A DNA stretch of 64,000 bases. It comes from a phage. The stretch lies in sequence record PV730302.1. One strand, given 5' to 3'. Under the pieces are notes generated by a model that had not been told where the DNA came from, made no database searches, and saw nothing but the letters and a program-made list of their open reading frames with translations. The number at the start of each line of letters is the position of its first letter. Position 1 is the stretch's first letter. The position numbers and the translations under genes are program-made. Positions 8,627 through 21,442 of this stretch are shown in pieces.

Positions 8627-8997
8627 TACATCACCATGATATAGGCAGATTTAGCAGTTTCAACACGATATAATTCATGTCGCAATTTCGTGATTGATTT
8701 TACACGTGAGGTTAATATACCATAACCATCTTTAAAGCGTTTTTTCTTATCGAAAAATACTACACCCGCTAATGAACTACCAATTTCAACTGGTAACATA
8801 GTCAGCAGCACACCATCATAATCAGCTGGGTTAATGCTTTTGAACAGGGTATCATTCATCAACAAAGATCGGATAAATTGTATAGCGCCATCAGAGAGAC
8901 CGCGATGGTCTCCATCCTTATCTTCTTGTAATGCGGTGGTAATAGCTTCTACTAAACTAATCATTAATATACACCCTCTGCGCTTCGACCAAACCAT
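8626..8997 (-). CDS. Hypothetical protein (cd.x region)
   Basis: ORF track; start uncertain. Confidence 0.35.
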   Translation of the reverse strand: MVWSKRRGCILMISLVEAITTALQEDKDGDHRGLSDGAIQFIRSLLMNDTLFKSINPADYDGVLLTMLPVEIGSSLAGVVFFDKKKRFKDGYGILTSRVKSITKLRHELYRVETAKSAYIMVM

Positions 8998-9193
8998 CTG
9001 AACCGAGTTTCAACTGGGTAATTTGGTCGCCATTTTTAGGATTAACGATAACCAATACCGCGCGCGGTGATTCCTGGATTACTCGCAGAGTTGCGTCAGG
9101 AAAACGTACAGAAACCTTATTAATCAGGGCTTGAGCAAATTCTTTAACTTTAACGTGGAACTGCTCTACAGTAATAGGTTGTTCGCTCAGCAT
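8957..9193 (-). CDS. Hypothetical protein (78 aa)
   Basis: ORF track. Confidence 0.35.
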   Translation of the reverse strand: MLSEQPITVEQFHVKVKEFAQALINKVSVRFPDATLRVIQESPRAVLVIVNPKNGDQITQLKLGSDGLVEAQRVYIND

Positions 9194-9747
9194 TAGATGG
9201 TCTCCAACTTAAGTTGTTTGGTAGTGGTAGCTTGGGTAACATCGCCTTTAACAATATAACACACTTGTTGGAACGAGCTGGTCAAAAGCTCTTCGGCCTG
9301 ACGATCGGCTTGTTCCTTTGTGTTATGGCGAGAATGAACTTCAATCTTACCATTTTTAACAATAAGCACTTTCCAATCGGCTGTAGCTTTTACTGGCTTA
9401 GGTTCCGGCTTTACAGCAATACTCGTAGTAGCCAGTGGACGTACTACTTCAATAAAGTATTCGAATTCATGGGCAAAGGCGCCTACTGAATTAAAAAGAA
9501 CACTAGTTGCATCGTCGGGATTACCTGTGATTTTGCTCAGGTCAACAAACATCAACTCATCGTATACACGAATTCGGCTTACACGTGGCTTCCCGTTATG
9601 GTAATCAATTTCAACTTCAAACGGGTTCATACCTACATACTTGGCAAAAGCTGTATTGAGGCCGTAAGCACCGTTATTAGTGAATTTGTTTTTAGTGTAT
9701 TCACCGACGAACTTATAAAACTTACGCTCTTCAAAGAACTGGCTCAT
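9193..9747 (-). CDS. Hypothetical protein (184 aa)
   Basis: ORF track. Confidence 0.4.
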   Translation of the reverse strand: MSQFFEERKFYKFVGEYTKNKFTNNGAYGLNTAFAKYVGMNPFEVEIDYHNGKPRVSRIRVYDELMFVDLSKITGNPDDATSVLFNSVGAFAHEFEYFIEVVRPLATTSIAVKPEPKPVKATADWKVLIVKNGKIEVHSRHNTKEQADRQAEELLTSSFQQVCYIVKGDVTQATTTKQLKLETI

Positions 9748-9809
9748 TTCGATTTCCTCATTTGTTTCGGTAGGGTCATCATATCACCGTCCTTGGTGAA
9801 AGTAAACAC

Positions 9810-10088
9810 TTAAATTGCTTCGACAACTACCGTTTGTTTCTGGAAGTCCATTTTGCATGAAATAGCCAAAATGTGATTATCAATTTTAAATGGAACAATT
9901 GCAAATGCTGCCCCAGGCGTGAGTTGAACAGTGATTGCATCAACCGCATCCGGGAACATGATTTCCAGAATAGCAGACAAACGACCGTGCACTTTTAGTT
10001 CAGTCGACGTGTCGACGGGTTCGTATAGGTAATCAGATACAATCTGACTAAAAACGGTTTTAACAATTTCAGAATAAGTAGGGAACAT
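9810..10088 (-). CDS. Hypothetical protein (92 aa)
   Basis: ORF track. Confidence 0.35.
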   Translation of the reverse strand: MFPTYSEIVKTVFSQIVSDYLYEPVDTSTELKVHGRLSAILEIMFPDAVDAITVQLTPGAAFAIVPFKIDNHILAISCKMDFQKQTVVVEAI

Positions 10089-10095
10089 AATAACC

Positions 10096-10311
10096 TCAGT
10101 GTACTGTATGGACCTTCACGTTAACAATAAACCTGTCAACGACTTCAGTCAGAGGAACGAACTCAACATAGTACTCGCCTTTGTAACGTTCATTGAGGTC
10201 ATTACGAAGGGCTGCTAGTGAGTTAATGAGGGCAGGAGACATATTCAGACCTACCAGTTTCTGAAGCTCTTTATAAGCTTCTTCTTCAACTTCATGGTGT
10301 TTGTTATACAT
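10096..10311 (-). CDS. Hypothetical protein (about 71 aa)
   Basis: ORF track 10096..10416; start moved to ATG 10311 (MYNKHHE) with GGAAG upstream, which removes the overlap with the neighbour. Confidence 0.35.
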   Translation of the reverse strand: MYNKHHEVEEEAYKELQKLVGLNMSPALINSLAALRNDLNERYKGEYYVEFVPLTEVVDRFIVNVKVHTVH

Positions 10312-10500
10312 AATGTTCTTCCAAGAAGGCAAGGAGTTCAGGAGCGGATTTAAAAATACCACCATCGACCTTGTCTTCATCTTTATAGTCCATAACATCC
10401 AGGCCAATGCGTCCATCAGTTAAAGGCCACACGCCGAAGAAAAAGCATTTACGTTTTTCAATTTCTTCGATTGTACGAAAAATCTTTTCGATATTATTCA

Positions 10501-10501
<1 letters not shown>
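10304..10501 (-). CDS. Hypothetical protein (about 65 aa)
   Basis: ORF track 10304..10531; start moved to ATG 10501, overlapping the pseT stop (TAATG). Confidence 0.35.
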
Positions 10502-11738
<1,237 letters not shown>

Positions 11739-11869
11739 TATACTCTGCTCCCAAGAGTTTGTAAACTACTTTCCAAAAAGACCATGCATACACATGCTGA
11801 ACACAATCCCAAAACAAAAGAATGCAGCGCCAAATCTAACGGCATCCCAACCACAAACACATGTCTCAA

Positions 11870-12160
11870 TCATTTGCACTTCTCCTCTTTTAGTCCGGAA
11901 CGATAATAACATAACATAGATTTCTGGTCTTGTACATATCTTTTTACGTCATTCAACCAAATACGATGTTCTTGAGAATCTTCAAATGGCATTCCAACCC
12001 AAGCTTTACCATCGATTACCTTAACCTGCCATTTAACATTATGTTCGGCGATAGGTTGTGGCCATGAAGGATGCAGTTGTTGCTTAGGCACTACAGGGAT
12101 GTCCTGGGCACATCCAACTAACAAGCCAATAGATAATACTACCACAGATAATTTAATCAT
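11870..12160 (-). CDS. Outer-membrane spanin (o-spanin lipoprotein)
   Basis: Signal peptide with lipobox LLVGC; 4-nt overlap with the upstream i-spanin-like gene; corresponds to the T4 pseT.2 position. Confidence 0.6.
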   Translation of the reverse strand: MIKLSVVVLSIGLLVGCAQDIPVVPKQQLHPSWPQPIAEHNVKWQVKVIDGKAWVGMPFEDSQEHRIWLNDVKRYVQDQKSMLCYYRSGLKEEKCK

Positions 12161-12510
12161 TCTGTAATGCTCCTGAAGTCTTCTGTAAAGGAATCGAAGG
12201 ACTTGTTGATTTGTTTTTCGACCAGTCCTGGCTTACTTGCCACCACGTGCGCCTTCTTCGAATCTTTACGGAGCTTTTCATTTTCTACCTTAATTTTATC
12301 CATTCGGGCATTCATTTCAGTAGTACGGAATTCAATATCCGAGTATTGGCCACGAAGGTCATCCACTGCTTCGGCATTCTGTTTGGCCGTTTGCTGGGTT
12401 GTTTTCAGTTCTTCGGTAAGGGTATCAATACGGCTTGATTGATACGAAATAAAACCGTAAGCCCCTACTGCAATGGCCCCAGCTAAAAGGTAAATACTTA
12501 ATTTAGACAT
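12157..12510 (-). CDS. Inner-membrane spanin (i-spanin)
   Basis: N-terminal TM segment (IYLLAGAIAVGAYGFI) followed by charged coiled-coil-like sequence; paired with the lipoprotein; corresponds to the T4 pseT.3 position. Confidence 0.6.
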   Translation of the reverse strand: MSKLSIYLLAGAIAVGAYGFISYQSSRIDTLTEELKTTQQTAKQNAEAVDDLRGQYSDIEFRTTEMNARMDKIKVENEKLRKDSKKAHVVASKPGLVEKQINKSFDSFTEDFRSITE

Positions 12511-13013
12511 TTGGTAATAATCTCGATGATGTCATCACGTGACAGGGAATTGATAAGAACCGTTTTAGGGTTTTCACACTGGATTTTATACGTTTCGAAC
12601 ATAAAACATAATTCTTCAGCGGTGTGGTAAGGACTTGAAATGCCAAGGCGATTAAACTTGTCGCTTAATGGGTCGCAAATCAAATAGAACGTGATGCCTG
12701 AGATTTTAACATTAGGCTGGCTGATGTTAATGAATACCTCGGCATCGTACTTGGAAAGGTTGTTTTGGAGAAACTCAACCATAGAGTTGACAGCTTCAGG
12801 CATGGCTTCACGCTTTTCTTCAGCATAACGGGTAGAGTATTCTTTTTGCTTGATTTTCTTTTTAGCATTTTTGGCTAAAGTAACACGAAGATCGGTCAGG
12901 TAACCTACTGCACGAGAACCTTTAAAAACTTGGATACCGTCAGTAGAGTCACCAAAAGCCTTAACAACCATTTCGTTAGTAATCATTTGCATATTCATTT
13001 GTTTTCTCCTCAT
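12498..13013 (-). CDS. alc: Probable Alc (inhibitor of transcription from cytosine-containing DNA)
   Basis: Size (about 165 aa) and position between pseT/spanins and rnlA as in T4; sequence not independently recognised. Confidence 0.45.
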   Translation of the reverse strand: MRRKQMNMQMITNEMVVKAFGDSTDGIQVFKGSRAVGYLTDLRVTLAKNAKKKIKQKEYSTRYAEEKREAMPEAVNSMVEFLQNNLSKYDAEVFINISQPNVKISGITFYLICDPLSDKFNRLGISSPYHTAEELCFMFETYKIQCENPKTVLINSLSRDDIIEIITKCLN

Positions 13014-13014
13014 T

Positions 13015-13048
13015 AGTTGGTAAGTCTATACTAACACAACATGAGGAG
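13015..13048 (-). promoter_or_regulatory. Early-type promoter upstream of the alc-like gene
   Basis: Minus sense GTTTACA...TATAGA cassette, homologous to other copies in the window. Confidence 0.4.
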
Positions 13049-13055
13049 ATGTAAA

Positions 13056-14204
13056 CTACTCTACCATAATTTCTTTCAAATATTTTTCAGGGATTTGGGC
13101 TTTATGGTTTTTCAAGAACACAGAGTTAATCTGGTCTACAACCGTATCATAATTAATGCCACCTACGTACGCCTGCATAAGAATAGAGAACAACCCTGGG
13201 AAGTCCTTAAGGATTAATTGACCTGTAACAGCGTAGTCCTTACGGTCGCGGCCCTTAAGTTGGGAGTACGCTGCTTCTAACAAGGCCAATGATTGTTCTA
13301 AGTAATCTAAATGGATGCGTTCAAAGGCATCGATTTTCTCGATAGCAAACGAATCCGTACTGAACAGGCCACGAAGGTCGTCGGTTCCGCCAGCCACTAC
13401 AACTTCAAACAAACGTTCGTTATTGTTAATGGAATCTTTGGTATGATGCAGTGCACTGTACCAGGCAGTTTTGAGTTTAAAGAACGTACCATCTTTAAGT
13501 ACAAAGATGAAACCTTCAATACCCTCTTGTTTACGGATGTTTTCTACGAAATCACCTTCAGTGAGGTCATAGCTTTCAACCAAATGCTTACGCAGGGCCC
13601 CATCTTTAAACAATTCGGCATACGGAATATATTCACCTGTTTCATTATTACGAACGTTCAACAGGATGAGATTTGTTTCTTGGTAAGCCAGCACGATACG
13701 GTTGGTAGGTGCAACATATTCAAGGTTGCAGGTATACCCAGCTTTGGTGATTTCTTCCAGACGGGCAGCAAAAGCCTCGTTCTCAGGGAGACGAAGGAAC
13801 CGTAAAGAATCATGCACCATTGATGAATGGATAGAGCCTTTAGATTTAACAGAAAGATACTGCCGGTCCATGAATGTAGAAATCAGAGAACCATCTTCCT
13901 TAGCCATTACGAGGTCAATATTTTCTGGTGACAAATCCAGACCGATAGTCAGTGGGTTTTCGTCGAGGTTAAAGAACTTTTGCATAGGACGAGCAGCAAT
14001 ACGTACAGGACCGTTCTCGTCCATTTCAAACATAATGCCTCGGCACTCTAGTGCGCCGTCTTCCAACCAATCACTGTACGATGCATAGTTATAACTAAAG
14101 ATGCGATAGTTGACTCCTAGCGCACTCTGAAAGTCTTTAAAGAAGAACTTAGATTTAGTCGAGTTTTTAACCAGGGCCATCAAGTTATCATATAATTCAA
14201 TCAT
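13056..14204 (-). CDS. rnlA: RNA ligase 1
   Basis: Translation YRIFSYNYASYSDWL...ALECRGIMFEM...NRIVLAYQE matches remembered T4 Rnl1. Confidence 0.85.
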   Translation of the reverse strand: MIELYDNLMALVKNSTKSKFFFKDFQSALGVNYRIFSYNYASYSDWLEDGALECRGIMFEMDENGPVRIAARPMQKFFNLDENPLTIGLDLSPENIDLVMAKEDGSLISTFMDRQYLSVKSKGSIHSSMVHDSLRFLRLPENEAFAARLEEITKAGYTCNLEYVAPTNRIVLAYQETNLILLNVRNNETGEYIPYAELFKDGALRKHLVESYDLTEGDFVENIRKQEGIEGFIFVLKDGTFFKLKTAWYSALHHTKDSINNNERLFEVVVAGGTDDLRGLFSTDSFAIEKIDAFERIHLDYLEQSLALLEAAYSQLKGRDRKDYAVTGQLILKDFPGLFSILMQAYVGGINYDTVVDQINSVFLKNHKAQIPEKYLKEIMVE

Positions 14205-14614
14205 TGCTTTATCCTATGTTGGGTATTCCAAGGTGGATTAAATTTTTTTATGAACATTGGCTCTTCAAGAGACATGGTCTCAACTGACATAGTTCCAAGT
14301 TCGTTAGTCATCGACAGATTAAAGCACTGCCGTGCATAGAACTCTACCTTTTTACCTGCCATTAATGCTTCATGAATCAGAATGGACTTAGTCGAATCTG
14401 ACGTTTGGTCCTTACGATTAATGGCTGTTCGGTAGTAGTTGATGCGCTTACGAAGATTTTTAGTCTTCCCGATGTAGACTAGTATATCATCAACCGCTAT
14501 AGCATATATGACATTTTGTTTATTTGGTACCGTAAGTGGAGCTATGGTGGCGTCATCTTGGAGTTCTAGGGTGACGTACTTGATAAAGCTAAATTCGTCT
14601 GCGATTTCTTTCAT
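14201..14614 (-). CDS. denA: Endonuclease II (GIY-YIG family)
   Basis: MKEIADEFSFIKY...VIYAIAVDDILVYIGKTKNLRKRINYYRTAINRKD closely matches remembered T4 DenA; start moved to ATG 14614. Confidence 0.85.
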   Translation of the reverse strand: MKEIADEFSFIKYVTLELQDDATIAPLTVPNKQNVIYAIAVDDILVYIGKTKNLRKRINYYRTAINRKDQTSDSTKSILIHEALMAGKKVEFYARQCFNLSMTNELGTMSVETMSLEEPMFIKKFNPPWNTQHRIKQ

Positions 14615-14623
14615 AGCAATAAG

Positions 14624-14637
14624 GGGCCGAAGCCCCA
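14624..14637 (-). other. CUUCGG-tetraloop hairpin between nrdB and denA
   Basis: ggggccgaagcccc, a perfect 5-bp stem with UUCG loop in minus sense. Confidence 0.5.
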
Positions 14638-14641
14638 TTCC

Positions 14642-15781
14642 TTAAAAATATTTCTTATACGATGCCATTACTTTTTCATCAACATCGTTATCAATTTGTG
14701 CTACAAGGTAAGAACTGATTTCCACTTCCTGAGGAGCAGCCTGTACAGCATCAGAGTTCAGGTATTCGCGAATCCAAGGATATGGATGGCGGGCAGGGGC
14801 ATCAGTAATAGGACATGGTAAGCCACATTGCTTCATACGAGAAACTGTCAGGTAATCGACAAAAGCACCCATGTTCTGAGTATTTAATCCAGGGCAAGTA
14901 CCATCTTTGAACAGGTGAGCGGCCCATTCTTTTTCTTGACGGTTAACTTCCATGAAAATATCAACTGCTTCTTGTTCACACTCTTGAGCAATTTTAACCC
15001 ATTCAGCACCATCAGTACCAAGTTGGAGTTGACGAATAATGTACTGGGTACCTTTAAGGTGAAGCTGTTCATCACGTGCAATGAACTTCATAATCTTAGC
15101 ATTACCTTCCATGATTTCCATGTTTTTATGGAAGTTAAAGGTGCATGCGAAAGATACGTAAAAACGAATAGCTTCCAGGGCGTTGATTACGTGCAGACAG
15201 AGGTAAAGAGAACGCATTAGTTCGTATTTAGCCTGTTTTACGCCTTCGCTAAACTCATGATATTCTTCTAAAGCATTCTGATAAAGGCGAGTTTTCTCGA
15301 TAACGTCATCATAATAACGACCAATGGATTCGGCACGTTTCATGATAGCATCATCTAACAGAATTTCATCAAATACCTTAGATGGGTCTGTATAGAGGTT
15401 ACGCATGATATGGGTATATGAACGAGAGTGAATGGTCTCACTAAAGGTCCATGTAGCCACCCAAGTATCAAGGCTAGGGTCGGAAATCAAGGCTTGGAGT
15501 GCTGCAGAAGGAGCACGACCTTGGATACTATCCAGAAGTGATTGATACTTCAGGTTATTGGTAAAAATATTTTGTTGGAATTGTGGAAGCTTATTAAATT
15601 GAGCAGCATCCATCATCAAGTTGACTTCTTCTGGACGCCAGAAAAAACTCAACTGCTTTTCACAAAGCTCTTCGAATACTTTATGACGTTGGATATCATA
15701 ACGGGCAATACCCAATCCTGAACCAAAGAACATCGGCTCGACTAAAACATCAACTGGGGTAGTATTAAAAACTGTAGACAT
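14642..15781 (-). CDS. nrdB: Ribonucleotide reductase small subunit (aerobic class Ia), uninterrupted
   Basis: 379-aa continuous ORF with R2-like sequence; no intron-sized interruption. Confidence 0.9.
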   Translation of the reverse strand: MSTVFNTTPVDVLVEPMFFGSGLGIARYDIQRHKVFEELCEKQLSFFWRPEEVNLMMDAAQFNKLPQFQQNIFTNNLKYQSLLDSIQGRAPSAALQALISDPSLDTWVATWTFSETIHSRSYTHIMRNLYTDPSKVFDEILLDDAIMKRAESIGRYYDDVIEKTRLYQNALEEYHEFSEGVKQAKYELMRSLYLCLHVINALEAIRFYVSFACTFNFHKNMEIMEGNAKIMKFIARDEQLHLKGTQYIIRQLQLGTDGAEWVKIAQECEQEAVDIFMEVNRQEKEWAAHLFKDGTCPGLNTQNMGAFVDYLTVSRMKQCGLPCPITDAPARHPYPWIREYLNSDAVQAAPQEVEISSYLVAQIDNDVDEKVMASYKKYF

Positions 15782-15816
15782 ATTATTCTCATTTATTATG
15801 GGTTTAAATTATTTTA

Positions 15817-16608
15817 TCACATATTATGTATAAGCACTTCAGTCTGGAATGACACACCTTTTGATACTTTTTGATATCTAGTTTCAAAATATTCAATTTT
15901 GAAATTGTTGGATAGGGCCCAATCTTTTAGAATGTTGTTATTAGTAACATCTGATAAATTATTAGTTATAATAAATTTAGACTTTGACTGTTTAATTTTA
16001 TCTAACAATTCTAATTCATCCTTTTCTTCCCATCCTGAATATTTAAATTTGGTAGAAAGATATGGTGGGTCGATGAATAAGTTCTTGTTTTCAAAATCTA
16101 AATCTCTGAATGATTTATTTGAAAAACTTAACAGATGTTGTCTATTTTTAAAAGCGGCGAATTTATCCTGTTGCGATTTATTAAAAGAAGTTCTAGAGTA
16201 TTTGGCTCTATCCGCAAAAGAAGCTATATACTTATCATCTTTAGAAAATTTTAACATTGAACTGAATGCAAATAAATGTAGAACATACAAATACAGTCCG
16301 TTTTTAGTTTTATCGTATTCCTTTGCCAGAGAGTAAAACGGTTTAGGGTCCACATCATTTAAGCCGAAATCATCAATGATTTGGACAACATCGTTCATTG
16401 ATGAAGTTTTCATCGCGTTGTACATATTGATGACATGATAATTAATATCATTACACTCAACTCGTCGCCCACAATTCATAGAAAATCCGAGGCCACCACA
16501 AAAGGCATCTAAAACTGTATTATCATCAAAGCCCAATACAAATCTATTAATAAAATCCATGTATTTGTGTTTTGAACCCGGGTAAGTTATTGCCGAACAG
16601 TATTTCAT
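15817..16608 (-). CDS. dam: Dam-like DNA N6-adenine methyltransferase
   Basis: Motifs YPGSK, FCGGLGFS (AdoMet binding) and DPPY (catalytic), with overall resemblance to remembered T4 Dam; start set at the second ATG (16608), which has GAGGAG SD; ORF track gives 16620. Confidence 0.75.
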   Translation of the reverse strand: MKYCSAITYPGSKHKYMDFINRFVLGFDDNTVLDAFCGGLGFSMNCGRRVECNDINYHVINMYNAMKTSSMNDVVQIIDDFGLNDVDPKPFYSLAKEYDKTKNGLYLYVLHLFAFSSMLKFSKDDKYIASFADRAKYSRTSFNKSQQDKFAAFKNRQHLLSFSNKSFRDLDFENKNLFIDPPYLSTKFKYSGWEEKDELELLDKIKQSKSKFIITNNLSDVTNNNILKDWALSNNFKIEYFETRYQKVSKGVSFQTEVLIHNM

Positions 16609-16662
16609 ATTACTCCTCATTTGTTAGTGACTCGTCCGTGAGTCAATTATAATCAGATTTTA

Positions 16663-18918
16663 TTAAAGCTTACATGCTGCACAATCGTCGGCTTTAGGAG
16701 TTTCGATTTCATAGTCATCAGTACCAGAGCCATCACGGGTATTATGGTAATAAAGGTTCTTACCACCGTAGTACCAGAAATACAACAGGTCATCAAGCAT
16801 TACTGACATCGGAACTTTTCCTTTTGGGAAAATCTGCGGGTCATAATATGTATTAGCTGATGCCGATTGACACACCCATTTCAACGCTATTGCCACTTGG
16901 GTAAGATAAGGTTTATTACCTTTCTTAGCAAGGGTCCAAGCGTAATCGTAGAGTCCTTGGTTATGTTCTACATTAGGAACTACCTGACGGAAGTTACCTT
17001 CTTTAGATTCTTTAATACTTACCGGACCGCGTGGAGGTTCGATACCGTTTGTAGAGTTGGAAACCTGGCTGCTTGATTCACACGGCATAAGTGCTGATAA
17101 TGTGCTATTACGGATGCCATGTTTAGCCAAGTCTTCCCGCAACGACGTCCAGTCACAAACATAGTTAGGGGCTGCGATTTGGTCAATCTTTTTATTGTAC
17201 CAGTCGATAGGTAATTCGCCTCGAGACCATTTAGTGTCTGAATAATACTCGCAAGGTCCTTTTTCTTCGGCCAACTTGATTGATGCTCGGATAAGTCCAT
17301 ATTGTAATCTCTCAAACAGTTCATGAGTTAAATCATTAGCGTCTTCATAAGAAGCAAAGTTGCTTGCCAACCAAGCGGCGTAGTTAGTAACACCAACACC
17401 CAGATTACGACGTTTCTTGGCCTTCAGAGCTTCAGGAACAGGATAATCTTGGTAGTCCAATAGGTTATCAAGTGCACGTACCTGGACTTCAGCGAGCTCG
17501 TTGATTTTGTCTTGGTCCTGCCAATCGAAGTTATCCAATACGAATGCAGACAACGTACACAAACCAATTTCAGCGTCCGGACTATTCACGTCAGTAGTAG
17601 GGATAGCAATTTCACAACACAAGTTGCTCTGTCGAATAGGAGCTTTTTCACGAATAAATGGTGTGAAGTTGTTAGTGTTATCAACGAACTGAGGATAAAT
17701 TCGTGCAGTGCCTGAGCGTTCGGTCATGAACAATTCGAAAAGGTCGCGTGCTTTAATACGTTTCTTACGAATACTAGGGTCTTTTTCTGCGGCTTCATAC
17801 AATTCACGGAAACGGTCTTGGTCTTCGAAATAAGAATAATAAAGCTCACCACCCATTTCGTGAGGACTAAACAACGTGATGTAATCATTTTTACCGAAAC
17901 GTTCCATCATAAGGTCGTTCATCTGGATTCCGTAGTCCATATGGCGAATACGGTTCTCATCGACACCTTTGTTGTTTTTCAGAACGAGCAGATTTTCAAC
18001 TTCCAAATGCCAAATAGGATAATAAGCAGTAGCAGCGCCGCCACGGATTCCACCTTGTGAACATGATTTAACAGCAGTCTGGAAATGTTTCCAGAATGGA
18101 ATAACGCCAGTATGTTTGACTTCACCCATGCCAATACGAGAACCTTCAGCACGAATCATACCAACGTTGATACCAATACCTGCACGTTTAGAAATGTATT
18201 CAATTATTGAGTTAGCAGTTTTGTTAATAGATTTCAGCGAGTCGCCTGCTTCAATAACCACACAAGAACTAAATTGACGAGTCGGTGTACGTGCTCCAGC
18301 CATAATAGGAGTTGGTAATGAAACCTGACGGGTACTTACAGCATCATAAAAACGAATAATATGTGCCAAACGATTACCTGGCTCTTCTTGGTGTAAGGCC
18401 ATGCCAATACACATGATAGCGAACTGAGGGGTTTCGTAGATTTTACCCGTGGTCTTATCTTTAACCAGATATTTCTCTTTCAGCTGCATCGCACCTGCAT
18501 AGGTCAATTCAAAGTCACGTTCATGCTTGATATGAGATTCTAAGAAAGTAATTTCTTCTGCAGAATATCGAGACAGCAATTCAGGGTCATATTTACCTTC
18601 GTTAACACAATAGGAAATATGGTCGATAAAGCTACGTGGTTCGAACTGGCCATAAACTTCTTTACGCAGTGCAAACATCAATTGCTTTGCAGCAACATAT
18701 TGGTAATCAGGTTCCTCAACCGAAATAAGGTTGGCTGCGACCTTAACAGTCAGATTCTGGATATCTTTGGTAGTCATACCATCACGAAGATGAGATTTGA
18801 TTTCTTCGTATAATTCATAGGGGTCGATTTGGGTTCCTTCACAGCCCCAAGTCAGAACTTTAATAATTTTTTGTGCGTCAAAATCTTGGGATACACCACT
18901 ACTTTTTTGTACTTGCAT
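16663..18918 (-). CDS. nrdA: Ribonucleotide reductase large subunit (class Ia)
   Basis: 751-aa ORF with ATP-cone N-terminus and conserved catalytic core (NLCCEI, C-terminal CAACKL-type tail). Confidence 0.95.
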   Translation of the reverse strand: MQVQKSSGVSQDFDAQKIIKVLTWGCEGTQIDPYELYEEIKSHLRDGMTTKDIQNLTVKVAANLISVEEPDYQYVAAKQLMFALRKEVYGQFEPRSFIDHISYCVNEGKYDPELLSRYSAEEITFLESHIKHERDFELTYAGAMQLKEKYLVKDKTTGKIYETPQFAIMCIGMALHQEEPGNRLAHIIRFYDAVSTRQVSLPTPIMAGARTPTRQFSSCVVIEAGDSLKSINKTANSIIEYISKRAGIGINVGMIRAEGSRIGMGEVKHTGVIPFWKHFQTAVKSCSQGGIRGGAATAYYPIWHLEVENLLVLKNNKGVDENRIRHMDYGIQMNDLMMERFGKNDYITLFSPHEMGGELYYSYFEDQDRFRELYEAAEKDPSIRKKRIKARDLFELFMTERSGTARIYPQFVDNTNNFTPFIREKAPIRQSNLCCEIAIPTTDVNSPDAEIGLCTLSAFVLDNFDWQDQDKINELAEVQVRALDNLLDYQDYPVPEALKAKKRRNLGVGVTNYAAWLASNFASYEDANDLTHELFERLQYGLIRASIKLAEEKGPCEYYSDTKWSRGELPIDWYNKKIDQIAAPNYVCDWTSLREDLAKHGIRNSTLSALMPCESSSQVSNSTNGIEPPRGPVSIKESKEGNFRQVVPNVEHNQGLYDYAWTLAKKGNKPYLTQVAIALKWVCQSASANTYYDPQIFPKGKVPMSVMLDDLLYFWYYGGKNLYYHNTRDGSGTDDYEIETPKADDCAACKL

Positions 18919-18984
18919 AATTTCCTCAATATGTTAGGTTCTACAATTATTCTATCATAGAACCTGTTAAGCATGGACTGATAT

Positions 18985-19278
18985 TTATAGGTCTTCTAAT
19001 GAGAACGTGTCTTTGAAAAGTTTGTTAACAATCAAGGCTATCACATCCCCATGACAGTCCTTAGGTTTACAGGTACACGCTATTCGCATACCTCTAAGGG
19101 TTTCAAGATGTTCTCTTTTAATTTCACCTGATTTTATTTTAGCAATAAAGTATTCTTTAAAGTTCTTGATGTTTTCCTCACGGGTCCCATCTTTAAATGG
19201 ATTACCCCACATGGTTCCACGTTGGATGTTGACATCAAAATCTTCTTTATACTTGTTAACAACTCTACAGACTCTCAT
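18985..19278 (-). CDS. Conserved hypothetical protein with WGNPF...CTCKP..CHGD motif (DUF4326-like)
   Basis: 97-aa ORF between nrdA and td; motif seen in translation; family assignment from memory only. Confidence 0.45.
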   Translation of the reverse strand: MRVCRVVNKYKEDFDVNIQRGTMWGNPFKDGTREENIKNFKEYFIAKIKSGEIKREHLETLRGMRIACTCKPKDCHGDVIALIVNKLFKDTFSLEDL

Positions 19279-19339
19279 TATAGCACCAAATTAAGTCCGA
19301 CCATAATAACCAAAAACAGAGTACAGATTATTTGAATTT

Positions 19340-21116
<1,777 letters not shown>

Positions 21117-21126
21117 TATATTTTCC

Positions 21127-21366
21127 TCACGCTTTCTTAGCGATTTTCCAGTCAGCTTTAAATTGGTCAACGTCTGAGTGGTGAATCCAGAAACCCGATG
21201 AGCTACCGTCTTCGTAAAGAGGACAACCATCACACTCATCTTTCCACCCCATTGCACACAAAGCTTGTTCAGCTTTTTCCAGAGCTTCCGGGTTATTACC
21301 TTGGATTGTGAAGTACCATTTGCCTTTAACTTCAGAATCGTTGATTGATTCACGTTGTAATTTCAT
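21127..21366 (-). CDS. Hypothetical Cys-containing small protein (79 aa)
   Basis: ORF track; CxxGW...CDGC pattern. Confidence 0.4.
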   Translation of the reverse strand: MKLQRESINDSEVKGKWYFTIQGNNPEALEKAEQALCAMGWKDECDGCPLYEDGSSSGFWIHHSDVDQFKADWKIAKKA

Positions 21367-21442
21367 TTTATTCTCCGGTGTTTAGTTGTTATCTCAGTAT
21401 GGGGCCATTATATCATAGCCCCATTTGGCTGTACACCACTTT

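Noticed and set aside
13311-14088. Plus-strand ORFs of 164 and 128 aa antisense to rnlA
   Set aside because: Fully embedded in the RNA ligase 1 gene on the opposite strand; no RBS or promoter context.
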